Positions 7,645 through 17,132 of a stretch of 64,000 nt of DNA are shown in pieces; within the stretch, counting starts at the first letter, position 1, and every line of letters starts with the position of its first letter. The notes below the pieces were generated by a model. It was not told where the DNA came from and ran no database searches. It saw nothing but the letters and a program-made list of their open reading frames with translations. Where the stretch lies: IMG/VR virus record IMGVR_UViG_3300023371_000080; one strand, 5' to 3'. Source of the stretch: a virus (taxonomy: Duplodnaviria > Heunggongvirae > Uroviricota > Caudoviricetes). Position numbers and translations under genes: made by a program.

Positions 7645-9585
7645 TTAATCACCGATTACAGAAGTCTCACCGTACATAACCGCAGTATCATACCACTGTC
7701 TTGCAGAAAACTCCTTAAATCTTTCTTTGCTATAAGACTTGGAAGGTGTAAGGAAACCTACCACGCGCTGATATGTATCGCAAGCGTGCTCTCCGCATTC
7801 GGGGCAAATATCTGCATCTACAAAACCATGATGATTCTTACATACATTAATCTTTGTGTTATAACAGAAGTAAATAACACCCTGACTTGCAATGTAATTA
7901 AGCATCTCCCACGCCATATCGGTATTGGGGAAGTTATTGTCGATATTGATGTGTGCGATTGCTCCACCCGAACACTTGTTATCAAGAATTGCACTGGTTC
8001 TAATCTTCTCATTGATGGTACACTTCTCAGTAAGAGGAATCCACTGATTACTATAAATGAAGTTGTCGTGTACATCAAAAAGAATATTGTCCTTGGCACA
8101 AAGCTTTACTGCTGCCTGCTCAGCAGGGACGCTTTCAATGTTAAATGAATATTCATCAGTAAAGCTATCCTTGGTTTCATTAAGAACGTCAAATATCTTT
8201 CCAGCGAAGCTCATTCCCTTTTCAGTATAAAACTTATTGCCAAACTCATCGGTTTCAATATATCCGAATTTCTCCAGAGTTTCGTAAAGGCCAAGAATAC
8301 CTACGGTACAGTACTGCTTGTCCATCTCAACACCACCATCGCAGTAGTTGGGAAGTAAACCCTTTTCGATATTTCTGCTAATAATATGTCTTACTCTATC
8401 AAGAGTTTTACAACAAAGAGTAGTCCTCTTCTTAAGAAGATTAAGATACTTCTTTTCAGATACTTCCTCGCCAAGTTCATAGAAGATGTGAACAAGGTTA
8501 ATTGTGTTTACCTTAACAGAACCGATACTCAATGCCGTGCCGCCGATAGAGTTAATGAATCCTTTAAGCTTTGATGTATCGGAAAGAAGTCTACAACAGT
8601 TACTCAAGGTCGTAACATCTCCGCTTACAAAGAAATTAGAATCATTCCACTTGCAGTTGTGGTCAGAGCACCATCTTGCAAATTCTTCATCTACAAACTT
8701 TCCATCCTTGTAAAGAAGCGAGTATGTGAGAACGGGGAAAGTGAACATATTTTCCTGCCTAATCTTAGACACCACTTCCATAAAAATCTTCTGATGTTCA
8801 ATAAACTCATCGACATAGTCGATTGCAAATGTTCCATCGGGGAATTCAAGACCGCCAAAGAGAGCTTCGTAATACTCTCTATCAAAGATCGAAACATTAA
8901 CAAATGCAGACTGGTCAACTCTCATAAAAGGCTGATTAAGTCTATATATGAGTTTCTGAAAAGACTGTCTAATATAATAATCGGGGTTATTAATAATAAA
9001 TCCACTCTCGCAGTCCTTTTTCCAGAAATAGTATGTCCAAACAAGGATATTAGGAATACCAACTGCACCAGAGGATCTGTTACTCATAAAACTAATAAAC
9101 TCAATTACATCATCAATAAATGTAGTAAGATGCTTGGGAGGCTGAGAATTATAATTCTTCAAGAAGAATAAACCTTCTGTTGCCAGTCTACTAAGGTCAT
9201 ATGCATAACAATAGGGTACATATGTAGTTGAAGGAAAGTCGTGAAGATAAAATCCTCCTGTATACTCTGTTTCAAGCCATTCCTTTGCCGTCTTCAATCC
9301 ATACTTCTTTTTAATCTCATAAAAGATTTTGTTGGCCGCAATAACCTTGTCAATTGATTTACCCTTTTCGGTTCTAAACGATGCAATATCCTTGCTAGAT
9401 GCATTGGCATTGGCATCAATGGTAACATCTGCCACGTTCTTGTCTACAAAAGCATCAATAAAATCAGAGAAATTCATCTGAGAGCTATGAATGCCATTAA
9501 GGATTTCAAAATCTTCTCCATACTTTTCTCTTAAAGTTTCAAGTGCTCTTTCAAAGTCTTTATTAAATTTAAGTTCGATATCCAT
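7645..9585 (-). CDS. nrdD: anaerobic ribonucleoside-triphosphate reductase (class III RNR)
   Basis: C-terminal Zn-ribbon CPECGEHAC and glycyl-radical motif RVVGFLTP; 646 aa. Confidence 0.9.
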   Translation of the reverse strand: MDIELKFNKDFERALETLREKYGEDFEILNGIHSSQMNFSDFIDAFVDKNVADVTIDANANASSKDIASFRTEKGKSIDKVIAANKIFYEIKKKYGLKTAKEWLETEYTGGFYLHDFPSTTYVPYCYAYDLSRLATEGLFFLKNYNSQPPKHLTTFIDDVIEFISFMSNRSSGAVGIPNILVWTYYFWKKDCESGFIINNPDYYIRQSFQKLIYRLNQPFMRVDQSAFVNVSIFDREYYEALFGGLEFPDGTFAIDYVDEFIEHQKIFMEVVSKIRQENMFTFPVLTYSLLYKDGKFVDEEFARWCSDHNCKWNDSNFFVSGDVTTLSNCCRLLSDTSKLKGFINSIGGTALSIGSVKVNTINLVHIFYELGEEVSEKKYLNLLKKRTTLCCKTLDRVRHIISRNIEKGLLPNYCDGGVEMDKQYCTVGILGLYETLEKFGYIETDEFGNKFYTEKGMSFAGKIFDVLNETKDSFTDEYSFNIESVPAEQAAVKLCAKDNILFDVHDNFIYSNQWIPLTEKCTINEKIRTSAILDNKCSGGAIAHINIDNNFPNTDMAWEMLNYIASQGVIYFCYNTKINVCKNHHGFVDADICPECGEHACDTYQRVVGFLTPSKSYSKERFKEFSARQWYDTAVMYGETSVIGD

Positions 9586-9588
9586 ATT

Positions 9589-9792
9589 TTATTGCTCCTT
9601 AATCCAATCTGCTGCGTCTTTGAAGCCCATAACTACTCCATCAACTTCGAGCTTCGGGGCCTCCAAAAAGCCCTTAGCTTTCATTACTTCGATGTCATTG
9701 ACTGTTTCATAGCTAATCTTCTTCTGATCGAGCTTCATTTTAAGCACCTTGCATTTAGGGCAACCGTGCTCATAAAGAATTACTTTTCCCAT
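9589..9792 (-). CDS. glutaredoxin-like protein (NrdH-like redoxin)
   Basis: 67 aa with CPKC active site near N-terminus (VILYEHGCPKCKVLK). Confidence 0.7.
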   Translation of the reverse strand: MGKVILYEHGCPKCKVLKMKLDQKKISYETVNDIEVMKAKGFLEAPKLEVDGVVMGFKDAADWIKEQ

Positions 9793-10349
9793 TCCTTATT
9801 CTTCCTTTCTATATCGTTAATAATATTTATCAATTCGCCCCAATGATGGATGCGATGAATATCAAATGAAAAATCTTTTGTTTCGCTTCGATTCCATAAT
9901 TGATCAAAACAAACTCTTTCGGCAAATGTCTGTGTCAAGTTATCAAGATTATCTTCCACCAGAACATCTACATTCAGCAACTGCTTGTTGTAAATCCGAA
10001 TGAGATTATCTTTAGGCACAAACGGAAAATGCTCTCTGAGGAGATGCTCCTTCCAGCCGAGATTCCTTGAATCGCTTGCCGTAGCAACATATACTTCGTG
10101 CCCTTGTTCGACGAGAGTTTTGACTGTTCTAACTGCTCCTTTATAAGGCTGAAGGTCTCGATAAACATCTTCATCGCAGTAAAGCTCAAGAAGAGTATCT
10201 GCTATGTTTTGCTCGAAACTCTCGTATAGGCTGTAGGTTGTGACCTGAGACATGCCAAGATCTGCATTATTACGTTTATTGTAAACCTCAAGCACCTTTT
10301 CTAGAGTAGGAAACAAAGTTTCATCAAAATCCAATACTATGCGAAGCAT
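9780..10349 (-). CDS. 5'(3')-deoxyribonucleotidase (HAD-fold NT5C family)
   Basis: DFDETL (DxDxT) motif after internal ATG at 10349 with GGAGG RBS; TAATG overlap with upstream kinase gene. Confidence 0.5.
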   Translation of the reverse strand: MLRIVLDFDETLFPTLEKVLEVYNKRNNADLGMSQVTTYSLYESFEQNIADTLLELYCDEDVYRDLQPYKGAVRTVKTLVEQGHEVYVATASDSRNLGWKEHLLREHFPFVPKDNLIRIYNKQLLNVDVLVEDNLDNLTQTFAERVCFDQLWNRSETKDFSFDIHRIHHWGELINIINDIERKNKEWEK

Positions 10350-10927
10350 TATTTGTTTTCCTCCTGATGATTTTGCCACGCGCCCTCTATGTCGCATATC
10401 CAACGAAGCAGAGAGTAAGACTTCGGCAAGCTCAGATTTTTAATTGCATAGTCCCATTTTTCTTCTGCAACAAATTTTCTAAATTCCTGTCTCTCGGCAA
10501 AATCTCTTGTACGATACTTATATTTGTCATCTCCACGTCTAATAGCTCGTTCCTCGCGAATGTCATCTGGACAGGAGATATATACCACCGCAAATCTAAT
10601 GTCGGGCAAGTCGAGAGCCAATAGTCTATCGAGAGCTTCTGGGTTGATAGTATACAAATCTGAGCTATAAAGCTGCTCTATCGTGGAATAATAATAATTA
10701 TCTGCAAGCTTAGTGTCTATGGCAATCTCGCCATTTTCTTTTGCGCGAAAATATTCTGCCTCGTCTACAAAGATATGATCGATGTCAGATTCAGAGCGCT
10801 GAGCACGGGTAGTATATGACTGTAACGCAACTAGGTTTGTGCGTTCGCAAAGCTTTTTGATGAGAGAACTCTTGCCGCTATTGGTACGGCCAACCACGAG
10901 CACTACTACATGTTCTTTATTGTTCAT
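10349..10927 (-). CDS. P-loop nucleoside/nucleotide kinase (putative dNMP kinase)
   Basis: Walker A VVLVVGRTNSGKSSLIKKL; context of nucleotide metabolism genes. Confidence 0.4.
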   Translation of the reverse strand: MNNKEHVVVLVVGRTNSGKSSLIKKLCERTNLVALQSYTTRAQRSESDIDHIFVDEAEYFRAKENGEIAIDTKLADNYYYSTIEQLYSSDLYTINPEALDRLLALDLPDIRFAVVYISCPDDIREERAIRRGDDKYKYRTRDFAERQEFRKFVAEEKWDYAIKNLSLPKSYSLLRWICDIEGAWQNHQEENK

Positions 10928-10931
10928 CGAC

Positions 10932-11204
10932 TCATTCCCCCTCTAACATAAACACAACTATAGGAGCCATATCTCCCGCATAAGGAATCACTCTTAGCGT
11001 ATTATATTCAATCCAGTCAATGGCTTCTTCTTCGGTTATTCCGTCATCTTCCATCAATTCTAACACCATCTTATGATAATCATATACCGCTCTGCCATCA
11101 GTTGTAACGGCAATTATTGAGTTATCGAATGCGGGCCGATCAAACACAATGGCATCTTCATCGAGTTCCATTCTTATGATGCTATTAATGCTCATTAGAC
11201 TCAC
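10932..11204 (-). CDS. hypothetical protein
   Basis: 90-aa minus-strand ORF in operon. Confidence 0.4.
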   Translation of the reverse strand: MSLMSINSIIRMELDEDAIVFDRPAFDNSIIAVTTDGRAVYDYHKMVLELMEDDGITEEEAIDWIEYNTLRVIPYAGDMAPIVVFMLEGE

Positions 11205-12009
11205 CGCCTAAGCTTTTGTTGTATGTATTTATATTATTTATTTTCTCCTTCAACTCTCGCTTGGTTGGAGCAGCGCCACAACATCTCTCTCCTTCAGGAC
11301 ACCAAAGCAAGTGTCTGCATTGAGGCACCAATTCCTGTGCAAATTCAGGAGACACAGCATAAACTGCAGCTTTCATCTTCTTTGCAAGTTCTTGAGCAAA
11401 TTCCTGTGCTCTTGTACAAAGTCTCTTGTGGCAAAAGTGAATAAGGGCTTCAGGGGTAAAACCAATAACAAATTCTGTGGTTGTTGCACGAGGTAATACA
11501 AAATTTGCATCCTCTGTTGCAGCTTCTTTTGGAACGCCATTTGCTTCGAGAATGCTTTTGATTTTCCTTCTCTTATCATTAATGATTCCCATAAGCTCAT
11601 CATATTCCTGCTTCGCTTCGTCACATTCCATAATATCTTTGGGGGTTGCCCACTTAAATCCATCTTTATCAATATATCTGAAGGAAGCCATATTTTTTAC
11701 AATCTGGTCGGGACTAACATCCTTGACAAGTTCGGAATAGTCGGCAAATGAATAATTGTCTTGGAATTCAAATGGAACAACCGTGCCAATTTCATGTCTT
11801 AATGACTGTTCCGAAGTTCCTCTGTCAAGCCCCGAAATACGAAACTTAATGTACTCACAACGGCTACCACTCATATGTCCGTCTGCAACGCAGCTTTTAC
11901 CAACTCTCTCTGCATGTTTTTCAGGAGTGTCGTAACAGGTGCAGGCAAACACGCCGTGGTTTTTATAAAGATTTACAAGTACTTCTGGATTTATAATTTC
12001 AACATTCAT
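11185..12009 (-). CDS. thyX: flavin-dependent thymidylate synthase ThyX
   Basis: ThyX motifs HMSGSRCEYIKFRISGLDRGTSEQSLRH (cf. HxSxxEH..FxIxxxSRxxxxQxxRH) and LPRATTTE; start set at MNVEII (12009) with GGAGG RBS. Confidence 0.7.
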   Translation of the reverse strand: MNVEIINPEVLVNLYKNHGVFACTCYDTPEKHAERVGKSCVADGHMSGSRCEYIKFRISGLDRGTSEQSLRHEIGTVVPFEFQDNYSFADYSELVKDVSPDQIVKNMASFRYIDKDGFKWATPKDIMECDEAKQEYDELMGIINDKRRKIKSILEANGVPKEAATEDANFVLPRATTTEFVIGFTPEALIHFCHKRLCTRAQEFAQELAKKMKAAVYAVSPEFAQELVPQCRHLLWCPEGERCCGAAPTKRELKEKINNINTYNKSLGGESNEH

Positions 12010-12156
12010 TTTCAAACCTCCACTTTTGTCACGCCATATTTTTCTAAGACGCATTCCACGCAACAAAATACTTCGCCTTCATCATTGACATAATACTCGT
12101 CGCTTTCGTTCGTAATTCTTTCACCGCAATTCTCGCAGTATCCGTAGAATTTAACC

Positions 12157-12501
12157 TCATCCATTGTTGCCATCTCCTTCCTCTAAGAACTTTTCTTTCT
12201 CATATAGAATGCCATGTTTAGGAGTACTCATAATGATGTCCTGGGGAAGACGTCTCGGACCACGAGGGAACTCCTTGTAAGCTTCGTCCATTACGCTATC
12301 CCACTGAGGCTTGGTAAGTTCGCACATAACCTTGTCTCCATACACGGGACTACAATAAGGAAGGAATTGATGATCCGCATAATTAAAGTTATATCTGCGC
12401 TTGCGAATACGCTCAACCAATGCCTTCTTTCGGTCTTCGGTAAATGTAACTACTGGCAACCTGCCTGAAAAACAATCTGTCCATCCTACAACAGAACTCA
12501 T
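12157..12501 (-). CDS. hypothetical protein
   Basis: 114-aa ORF, stop/start overlap with HD gene. Confidence 0.4.
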   Translation of the reverse strand: MSSVVGWTDCFSGRLPVVTFTEDRKKALVERIRKRRYNFNYADHQFLPYCSPVYGDKVMCELTKPQWDSVMDEAYKEFPRGPRRLPQDIIMSTPKHGILYEKEKFLEEGDGNNG

Positions 12502-13265
12502 ATTTCATCTTCCTCCTGATCAAAATAATTTTTAATTAATGTAAGTAGCGGCTCTCTTGTTAAATTTTCGCTCGCCCAAACAAGCCAACCTCTATCTGAA
12601 GCAGCAACCTCTGGAATTGTTTTCCCGTTGTGCTTTCCGAAATTAAGTTTGTATTCGTTGATATCGGGTAATTTCGGCTTATTCTCTTCTCCGTCGAATA
12701 AAATATGAATGTCACGCCGACTTGCAATATAGTCCGAAGTGTGAACAAGTTCTTGAACTAGAGTTTCAGGTGATGGTAAAACTACTTTACTTTTTTTGTT
12801 TGTAGTCCATTCTCCAGAATGCGAAGCTATGGCATCTGCAATGATATCTCTTACATCCTGGCTTAAAATATCATTCAGTCGATCATCGCTTCTAACAAAT
12901 TCAGAAGCCAAAACGGGATGAGGGTGAACTGAGAAACCAGTCTTATTTTCCAACCCATGTTTCAAGCAATCGTGTAACAATGCAGCACAAATCACACAAT
13001 CCTTTTCGATATCATTTAACTTGCTTTTATACTGCTGCAAGTTGACGAGATAATTTGCCACTTTAGCAACTGCCTTTGTATGATATACAAGTCCACCAAA
13101 TCCACACTCTAAGGCCGAATGAAACTGCCCCGACGAAGAGGCTGGAACCTCAAAGAAATAATCTGGGACTAAAGTGACTGCCTTTTTGAAGAAACTCTTT
13201 ACATCTTCTATCTCCATATAGGGGATCTCTTTTTCAAAGAGGGCAATCTTTTCTTCACTCGTCAT
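12498..13265 (-). CDS. HD-domain phosphohydrolase
   Basis: HD motif AALLHDCLKHG plus downstream His/Asp residues. Confidence 0.6.
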   Translation of the reverse strand: MTSEEKIALFEKEIPYMEIEDVKSFFKKAVTLVPDYFFEVPASSSGQFHSALECGFGGLVYHTKAVAKVANYLVNLQQYKSKLNDIEKDCVICAALLHDCLKHGLENKTGFSVHPHPVLASEFVRSDDRLNDILSQDVRDIIADAIASHSGEWTTNKKSKVVLPSPETLVQELVHTSDYIASRRDIHILFDGEENKPKLPDINEYKLNFGKHNGKTIPEVAASDRGWLVWASENLTREPLLTLIKNYFDQEEDEI

Positions 13266-13563
13266 TAGAAACTTCCTCCGTAGTCAAATCATTTTGTACT
13301 GTTTCGTCCTGCTTTAACTGTACAGAAACAATCTCCATAACCCTTTTAATTGCTCGTTCAAAGTCTCTATGGCTCGACTTCATGCCGTCCTTGAGATTTT
13401 TCTCAATTGCCCCAGCAACTGCTGCCGAGACAAAATAAGCCCCAATCTTCATACCATCGGTGCGAGTGCTTTCGAACCACTTCTCGATTAGTTCTCGCAA
13501 CTCTTCTTCGGACGCTCCCTTAATTTCGGAAACTACTTCTGACATTTTTGCGTTTTCTTCCAT
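13255..13563 (-). CDS. hypothetical acidic protein
   Basis: 102-aa ORF directly downstream of promoter module. Confidence 0.45.
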   Translation of the reverse strand: MEENAKMSEVVSEIKGASEEELRELIEKWFESTRTDGMKIGAYFVSAAVAGAIEKNLKDGMKSSHRDFERAIKRVMEIVSVQLKQDETVQNDLTTEEVSNDE

Positions 13564-13609
13564 GTTAAAATCCTTTCTATTTTACTGTACAATCATTTTG
13601 TACTGTTAA

Positions 13610-13642
13610 TATTATATCACTTTTATTTTATTTGTCAATACT
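13610..13642 (-). promoter_or_regulatory. sigma70-type promoter (TTGACA -35 / TATAAT -10) with upstream TTGTAAA direct repeats at 13657-13676
   Basis: minus strand reads TTGACAAATAAAATAAAAGTGATATAAT; leader ACAAAATGATT follows. Confidence 0.55.
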
Positions 13643-13669
13643 TTCATTGGCTAGTTTACAATTTATTTA

Positions 13670-13819
13670 CAATTCTGCATCCATAATCTTCTTGAGCTCT
13701 TCAAGGATGTTCTCGTGGCTACCCCTTGAAAGAACCCACTTGCCATCGATATATAAGTCATAGACGTGATCCTCACGCAGTTTAATAGTAAAATTGTGTA
13801 CTGTTCTGTTTGCCATAAT
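13670..13819 (-). CDS. small hypothetical protein (49 aa)
   Basis: MANRTVHNFTIKLREDHVYDLYIDGKWVLSRGSHENILEELKKIMDAEL*; ATG 2 nt after ligA stop. Confidence 0.3.
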
Positions 13820-13820
13820 T

Positions 13821-15788
13821 TTATTCTCCTATCATATTAAGAAATTCATCTTCGGTAATAATCGGTATATTTAGTTCGACTGCCTTCTTGTACTTACTAC
13901 TGCCGCTCTGCTCATTTGTAATTAAGTAGTCTGTGTTCTTGCTAACTGAACCAGCAGCCTTCGCGCCAAGTTCGGCAATCTTTGCGTTAATACTGTCCCT
14001 AGTGAACGAGTTAAGCTTGCCCGTGACACATACTGTTTTGCCCATAAACGGATTTTCTTTTGCCTCTGTTTTCTTCTGAATAACGAACTTCATCTCAGAC
14101 GCCAAATCAACGATTTCTGCCTCATTTTCCGTTAAGTACTTAGTGATATTTTGGTTTGTCTTGTCTCCGATGTCCGAGAGGTCTGCCCAATTATAATGGG
14201 TCTTAAATGCCTTATAAAACGCATCAAAATCACCATTGAATGCATCGGCAATAGTCTTAGATGCAGACTTACCTACGCCATCTATCGAAAGAGCGCAGAT
14301 GAAATTTTCAAGTTTAACATTTCTTGAATGATCTATAGCATCAAGGATTTTGGCTACGGATTTTTCTCCAAAACCATCGAGCTGCTCCCACTCACGTCCG
14401 TGTTGATATAGATAATAAATATCTCTAAACTGTTTAATCCAACCTTTATCTATAAGAACCTCTAGAATCGCTTCGGAAAGTCCTTCAATATTCATTGCAG
14501 GCTTGGATACGAAGAACTTCAATCTACCCAATAATTTGCCTAAGCAATTAGGGTTTTTACACATAAGTACTTCGGAAGCGTTCTCGGTCACCACTTCGGT
14601 TTCCTCTCCACAAACGGGACAGTACTTAGGGATTTTTATAGGAGAATCGCCATCCTGGAGGCATTCTTCTACTTGGGGAATAATTTCATTTCGTTTGCTG
14701 ATTTTTACGGTACAATTATTGGTTAAACCAAGCTTCTTGATAATAGAAATGTTATGAAGCGATGCTCTTGAAATATCACATCCGTCGATCTGCACGGTTT
14801 CAAATACTGCCGTAGGAGTTAGAGCTCCCGTCTTACCCATCGTCCACTCTACGTCTGTGAGTTTGGTTTCGTAGAGTTCATCGTAGAATTTATACGCCAT
14901 ACCACCCCTAAAGTGATGTCCCGTTCTACCAGCAGATTCATATTCTGAACACTTATTCCACTTAAATACAATGCCGTCAATTGGATACTGAGTATATTCA
15001 TCATTAGCATTTTTAAGCCATCTCGCAGCATTGTCTAAATCCAGAACCGTAAAAGATATGATTTCAAAATTATAATCTATAAGTTCTGCTAGTTTTTTAT
15101 TTAAAGTATTACACTTTGTATCACAGCCCTCGATACAATCCCATGCTACAAAGGTTAGTTTTCTTTTAGCACATTCCTTACTATCAAGCAATCTAATGCT
15201 TCCAGAGGCAAAGTTTCTAGCGTTTTTATATTCTCCTTCAAACTCCTTAAAATCATCATGTTTGCAAACGATCTCGCCATCAACTATGAGTCTACCTTTA
15301 TGAGGAATTCTCTTAGGAATAGAAGGAATAACCATAGCGTTGTGAGTAACATCCTCGCCAATTTCGCCGTCACCACGAGTCTCTGCTCTTACAAGCCGAC
15401 CGTTCTCATACAGAAGTGAGCATGTCAAACCGTCCAACTTCAACATAGCAATCCAATCTCTGTTGCCAATGAAAGACTTGATTTCCTCAATGTCCTTAGT
15501 CTTGTCGAGCGACAACATAGGATGATTATGCTTAACCTTCTGTAGTTCATTAACAACGGTATAGTTTACCTTCTGAGTGGGCGAGTTAGGCAGAATATAT
15601 CCCCTCTCGTGTTCAAGCGCCACAAGCTCAAAATACATATCATCCCACTCTTTGTCGCTAATTTCGGGAGTGCCCTTATCATAAAGCTCTGTGTGTTTGT
15701 TTAGTTCTGCAACCAAATATTCAACTCTTGCTTTTGTGTCAAACTTTTCCATTTTCTTTCTCCTTAATGTACTTTTCCATTTCTTCAA
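13821..15788 (-). CDS. ligA: NAD-dependent DNA ligase
   Basis: Adenylation motif KLDGLT (KxDG), OB and HhH regions, C-terminal BRCT (TVCVTGKL..DYLITNE); 655 aa. Confidence 0.85.
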   Translation of the reverse strand: MKKWKSTLRRKKMEKFDTKARVEYLVAELNKHTELYDKGTPEISDKEWDDMYFELVALEHERGYILPNSPTQKVNYTVVNELQKVKHNHPMLSLDKTKDIEEIKSFIGNRDWIAMLKLDGLTCSLLYENGRLVRAETRGDGEIGEDVTHNAMVIPSIPKRIPHKGRLIVDGEIVCKHDDFKEFEGEYKNARNFASGSIRLLDSKECAKRKLTFVAWDCIEGCDTKCNTLNKKLAELIDYNFEIISFTVLDLDNAARWLKNANDEYTQYPIDGIVFKWNKCSEYESAGRTGHHFRGGMAYKFYDELYETKLTDVEWTMGKTGALTPTAVFETVQIDGCDISRASLHNISIIKKLGLTNNCTVKISKRNEIIPQVEECLQDGDSPIKIPKYCPVCGEETEVVTENASEVLMCKNPNCLGKLLGRLKFFVSKPAMNIEGLSEAILEVLIDKGWIKQFRDIYYLYQHGREWEQLDGFGEKSVAKILDAIDHSRNVKLENFICALSIDGVGKSASKTIADAFNGDFDAFYKAFKTHYNWADLSDIGDKTNQNITKYLTENEAEIVDLASEMKFVIQKKTEAKENPFMGKTVCVTGKLNSFTRDSINAKIAELGAKAAGSVSKNTDYLITNEQSGSSKYKKAVELNIPIITEDEFLNMIGE

Positions 15789-15914
15789 TCAGATCCACAA
15801 CGCCTTGGAAGTCTGCTGCCAGATTGTCAAAGCTAATGCGTTTGAAGTACTCAACCTTCTCCAGATACTTTTCCTTCTGCTCATTAAGATGTTCTAATGT
15901 CATTTTGTTCTCCT

Positions 15915-16202
15915 TTAATCTTCATCGCCAAGTTCCATTGGCGTATAACATTCTTCACAAATTCTTTCACCGTTTGTTAGTTTGATATAGTCGCTAGTTA
16001 TCCATTCGCCGCAAACATTACACTCGTGAGCCTCAACGTATGCGCCTCCGCAATAAGGACAGCAATCATATTCTTCGTAAGGACCATAATCCAATCCGTG
16101 AGTGTTTACATAATGCTCGGGCTCTTCAAAAACGCGAAAACATTCTTTGCATACTAACATGATTTTCCTCCAATCATTTTGCTTTGTATATATTATACTC
16201 AT
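15915..16202 (-). CDS. zinc-ribbon hypothetical protein
   Basis: Four CxxC pairs (CKEC, CPYC, CNVC, CEEC). Confidence 0.5.
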   Translation of the reverse strand: MSIIYTKQNDWRKIMLVCKECFRVFEEPEHYVNTHGLDYGPYEEYDCCPYCGGAYVEAHECNVCGEWITSDYIKLTNGERICEECYTPMELGDED

Positions 16203-16221
16203 TTTTTTAAATTTGTCAAGG
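16190..16221 (-). promoter_or_regulatory. sigma70-type promoter
   Basis: minus strand TTGACA (16214-16219) - 16 nt - TATAAT (16192-16197). Confidence 0.5.
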
Positions 16222-16275
16222 GTATAATGAAATTATTTACAATTCGTTCAAAAAAGAGTGCTAAACAGCACCCTC

Positions 16276-17055
16276 CTATAACTTCTTTGTGTAAGTTAGG
16301 CAGATCCAGCCCACACCAGACTTTAGCCTTCCCCAAACATCGTTGCCAACAACCTTTTCTTCTACTATTGTATAAACCTCATTCTTTTTAACTGTTGTTA
16401 CAACGTTGTGGTTTGTTCCAGCACCCTTTCTTACATTCAACACATCAGTTGTCACTCTAACTAAATATCTTGCCTGTACGCTCAAGAACGACTCTACTAA
16501 CTTCCTAAAATCATTCATAGTCTTGCCGTGCTTCTTAAACCAATGCTCTGGATCTGCATGGTTTGATGCATAACCTTTTCTGTATGCTTCACAGTGCCCT
16601 ACTATGGTCGCAGGATGAAGATTAAACTGTTTGCAAAGCATAGCGCAGTACTCTGCCGCAGTACTAAATACCGCATTAAAGTAATTCTTGTTTGTTAAAT
16701 CGTCCTCGCACATCTCAATCTGTATATGACCAGTCGGGTTATAGTTATAGCTTCCGTGTTTTCCTCTACCGCATCCCCAGCAGGCATAATTGTATGGCAG
16801 AATATTCGCCACTCTTACCTTGTTGTATTTGTCATACCCTATAAAACTATGTACGCATTGCTCCCCTATTTTGCTAGATGGATTGTTCCAATGATTGTTG
16901 TACCAGTTCTTGCCGCACTCAGACGGACAATCTACGTATCTTTTTAAATTTGGGTTGTTTGCCCCTGTGCTATGTAATACAATTCCTACTGGTGTCATTG
17001 GTTGCTTAATCACATAGCAATCGTTCTTTGTAGCATAAGCTGTAATAATATTCAA
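16276..17055 (-). CDS. endolysin: N-acetylmuramoyl-L-alanine amidase (amidase_2/PGRP) with C-terminal SH3-like cell-wall-binding domain
   Basis: VGIVLHSTGANNP amidase_2 start, His/Cys zinc ligands, C-terminal SH3_3-like RVTTDVLNVRKGAGTNHNVV..VWGRL; TTG start codon with AAGGATG RBS. Confidence 0.75.
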   Translation of the reverse strand: MNIITAYATKNDCYVIKQPMTPVGIVLHSTGANNPNLKRYVDCPSECGKNWYNNHWNNPSSKIGEQCVHSFIGYDKYNKVRVANILPYNYACWGCGRGKHGSYNYNPTGHIQIEMCEDDLTNKNYFNAVFSTAAEYCAMLCKQFNLHPATIVGHCEAYRKGYASNHADPEHWFKKHGKTMNDFRKLVESFLSVQARYLVRVTTDVLNVRKGAGTNHNVVTTVKKNEVYTIVEEKVVGNDVWGRLKSGVGWICLTYTKKL

Positions 17056-17095
17056 AAAACCACATCCTTATATAATCATTTTGTCTTGTTGACAT

Positions 17096-17132
17096 TTTTG
17101 ATTATATCATAGGATGTGGATTTGTGTCAATT
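17096..17132 (-). promoter_or_regulatory. promoter for endolysin gene (TTGACA / extended TGaTATAAT)
   Basis: minus strand TTGACACAAATCCACATCCTATGATATAAT then leader ACAAAATGATTA. Confidence 0.5.
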
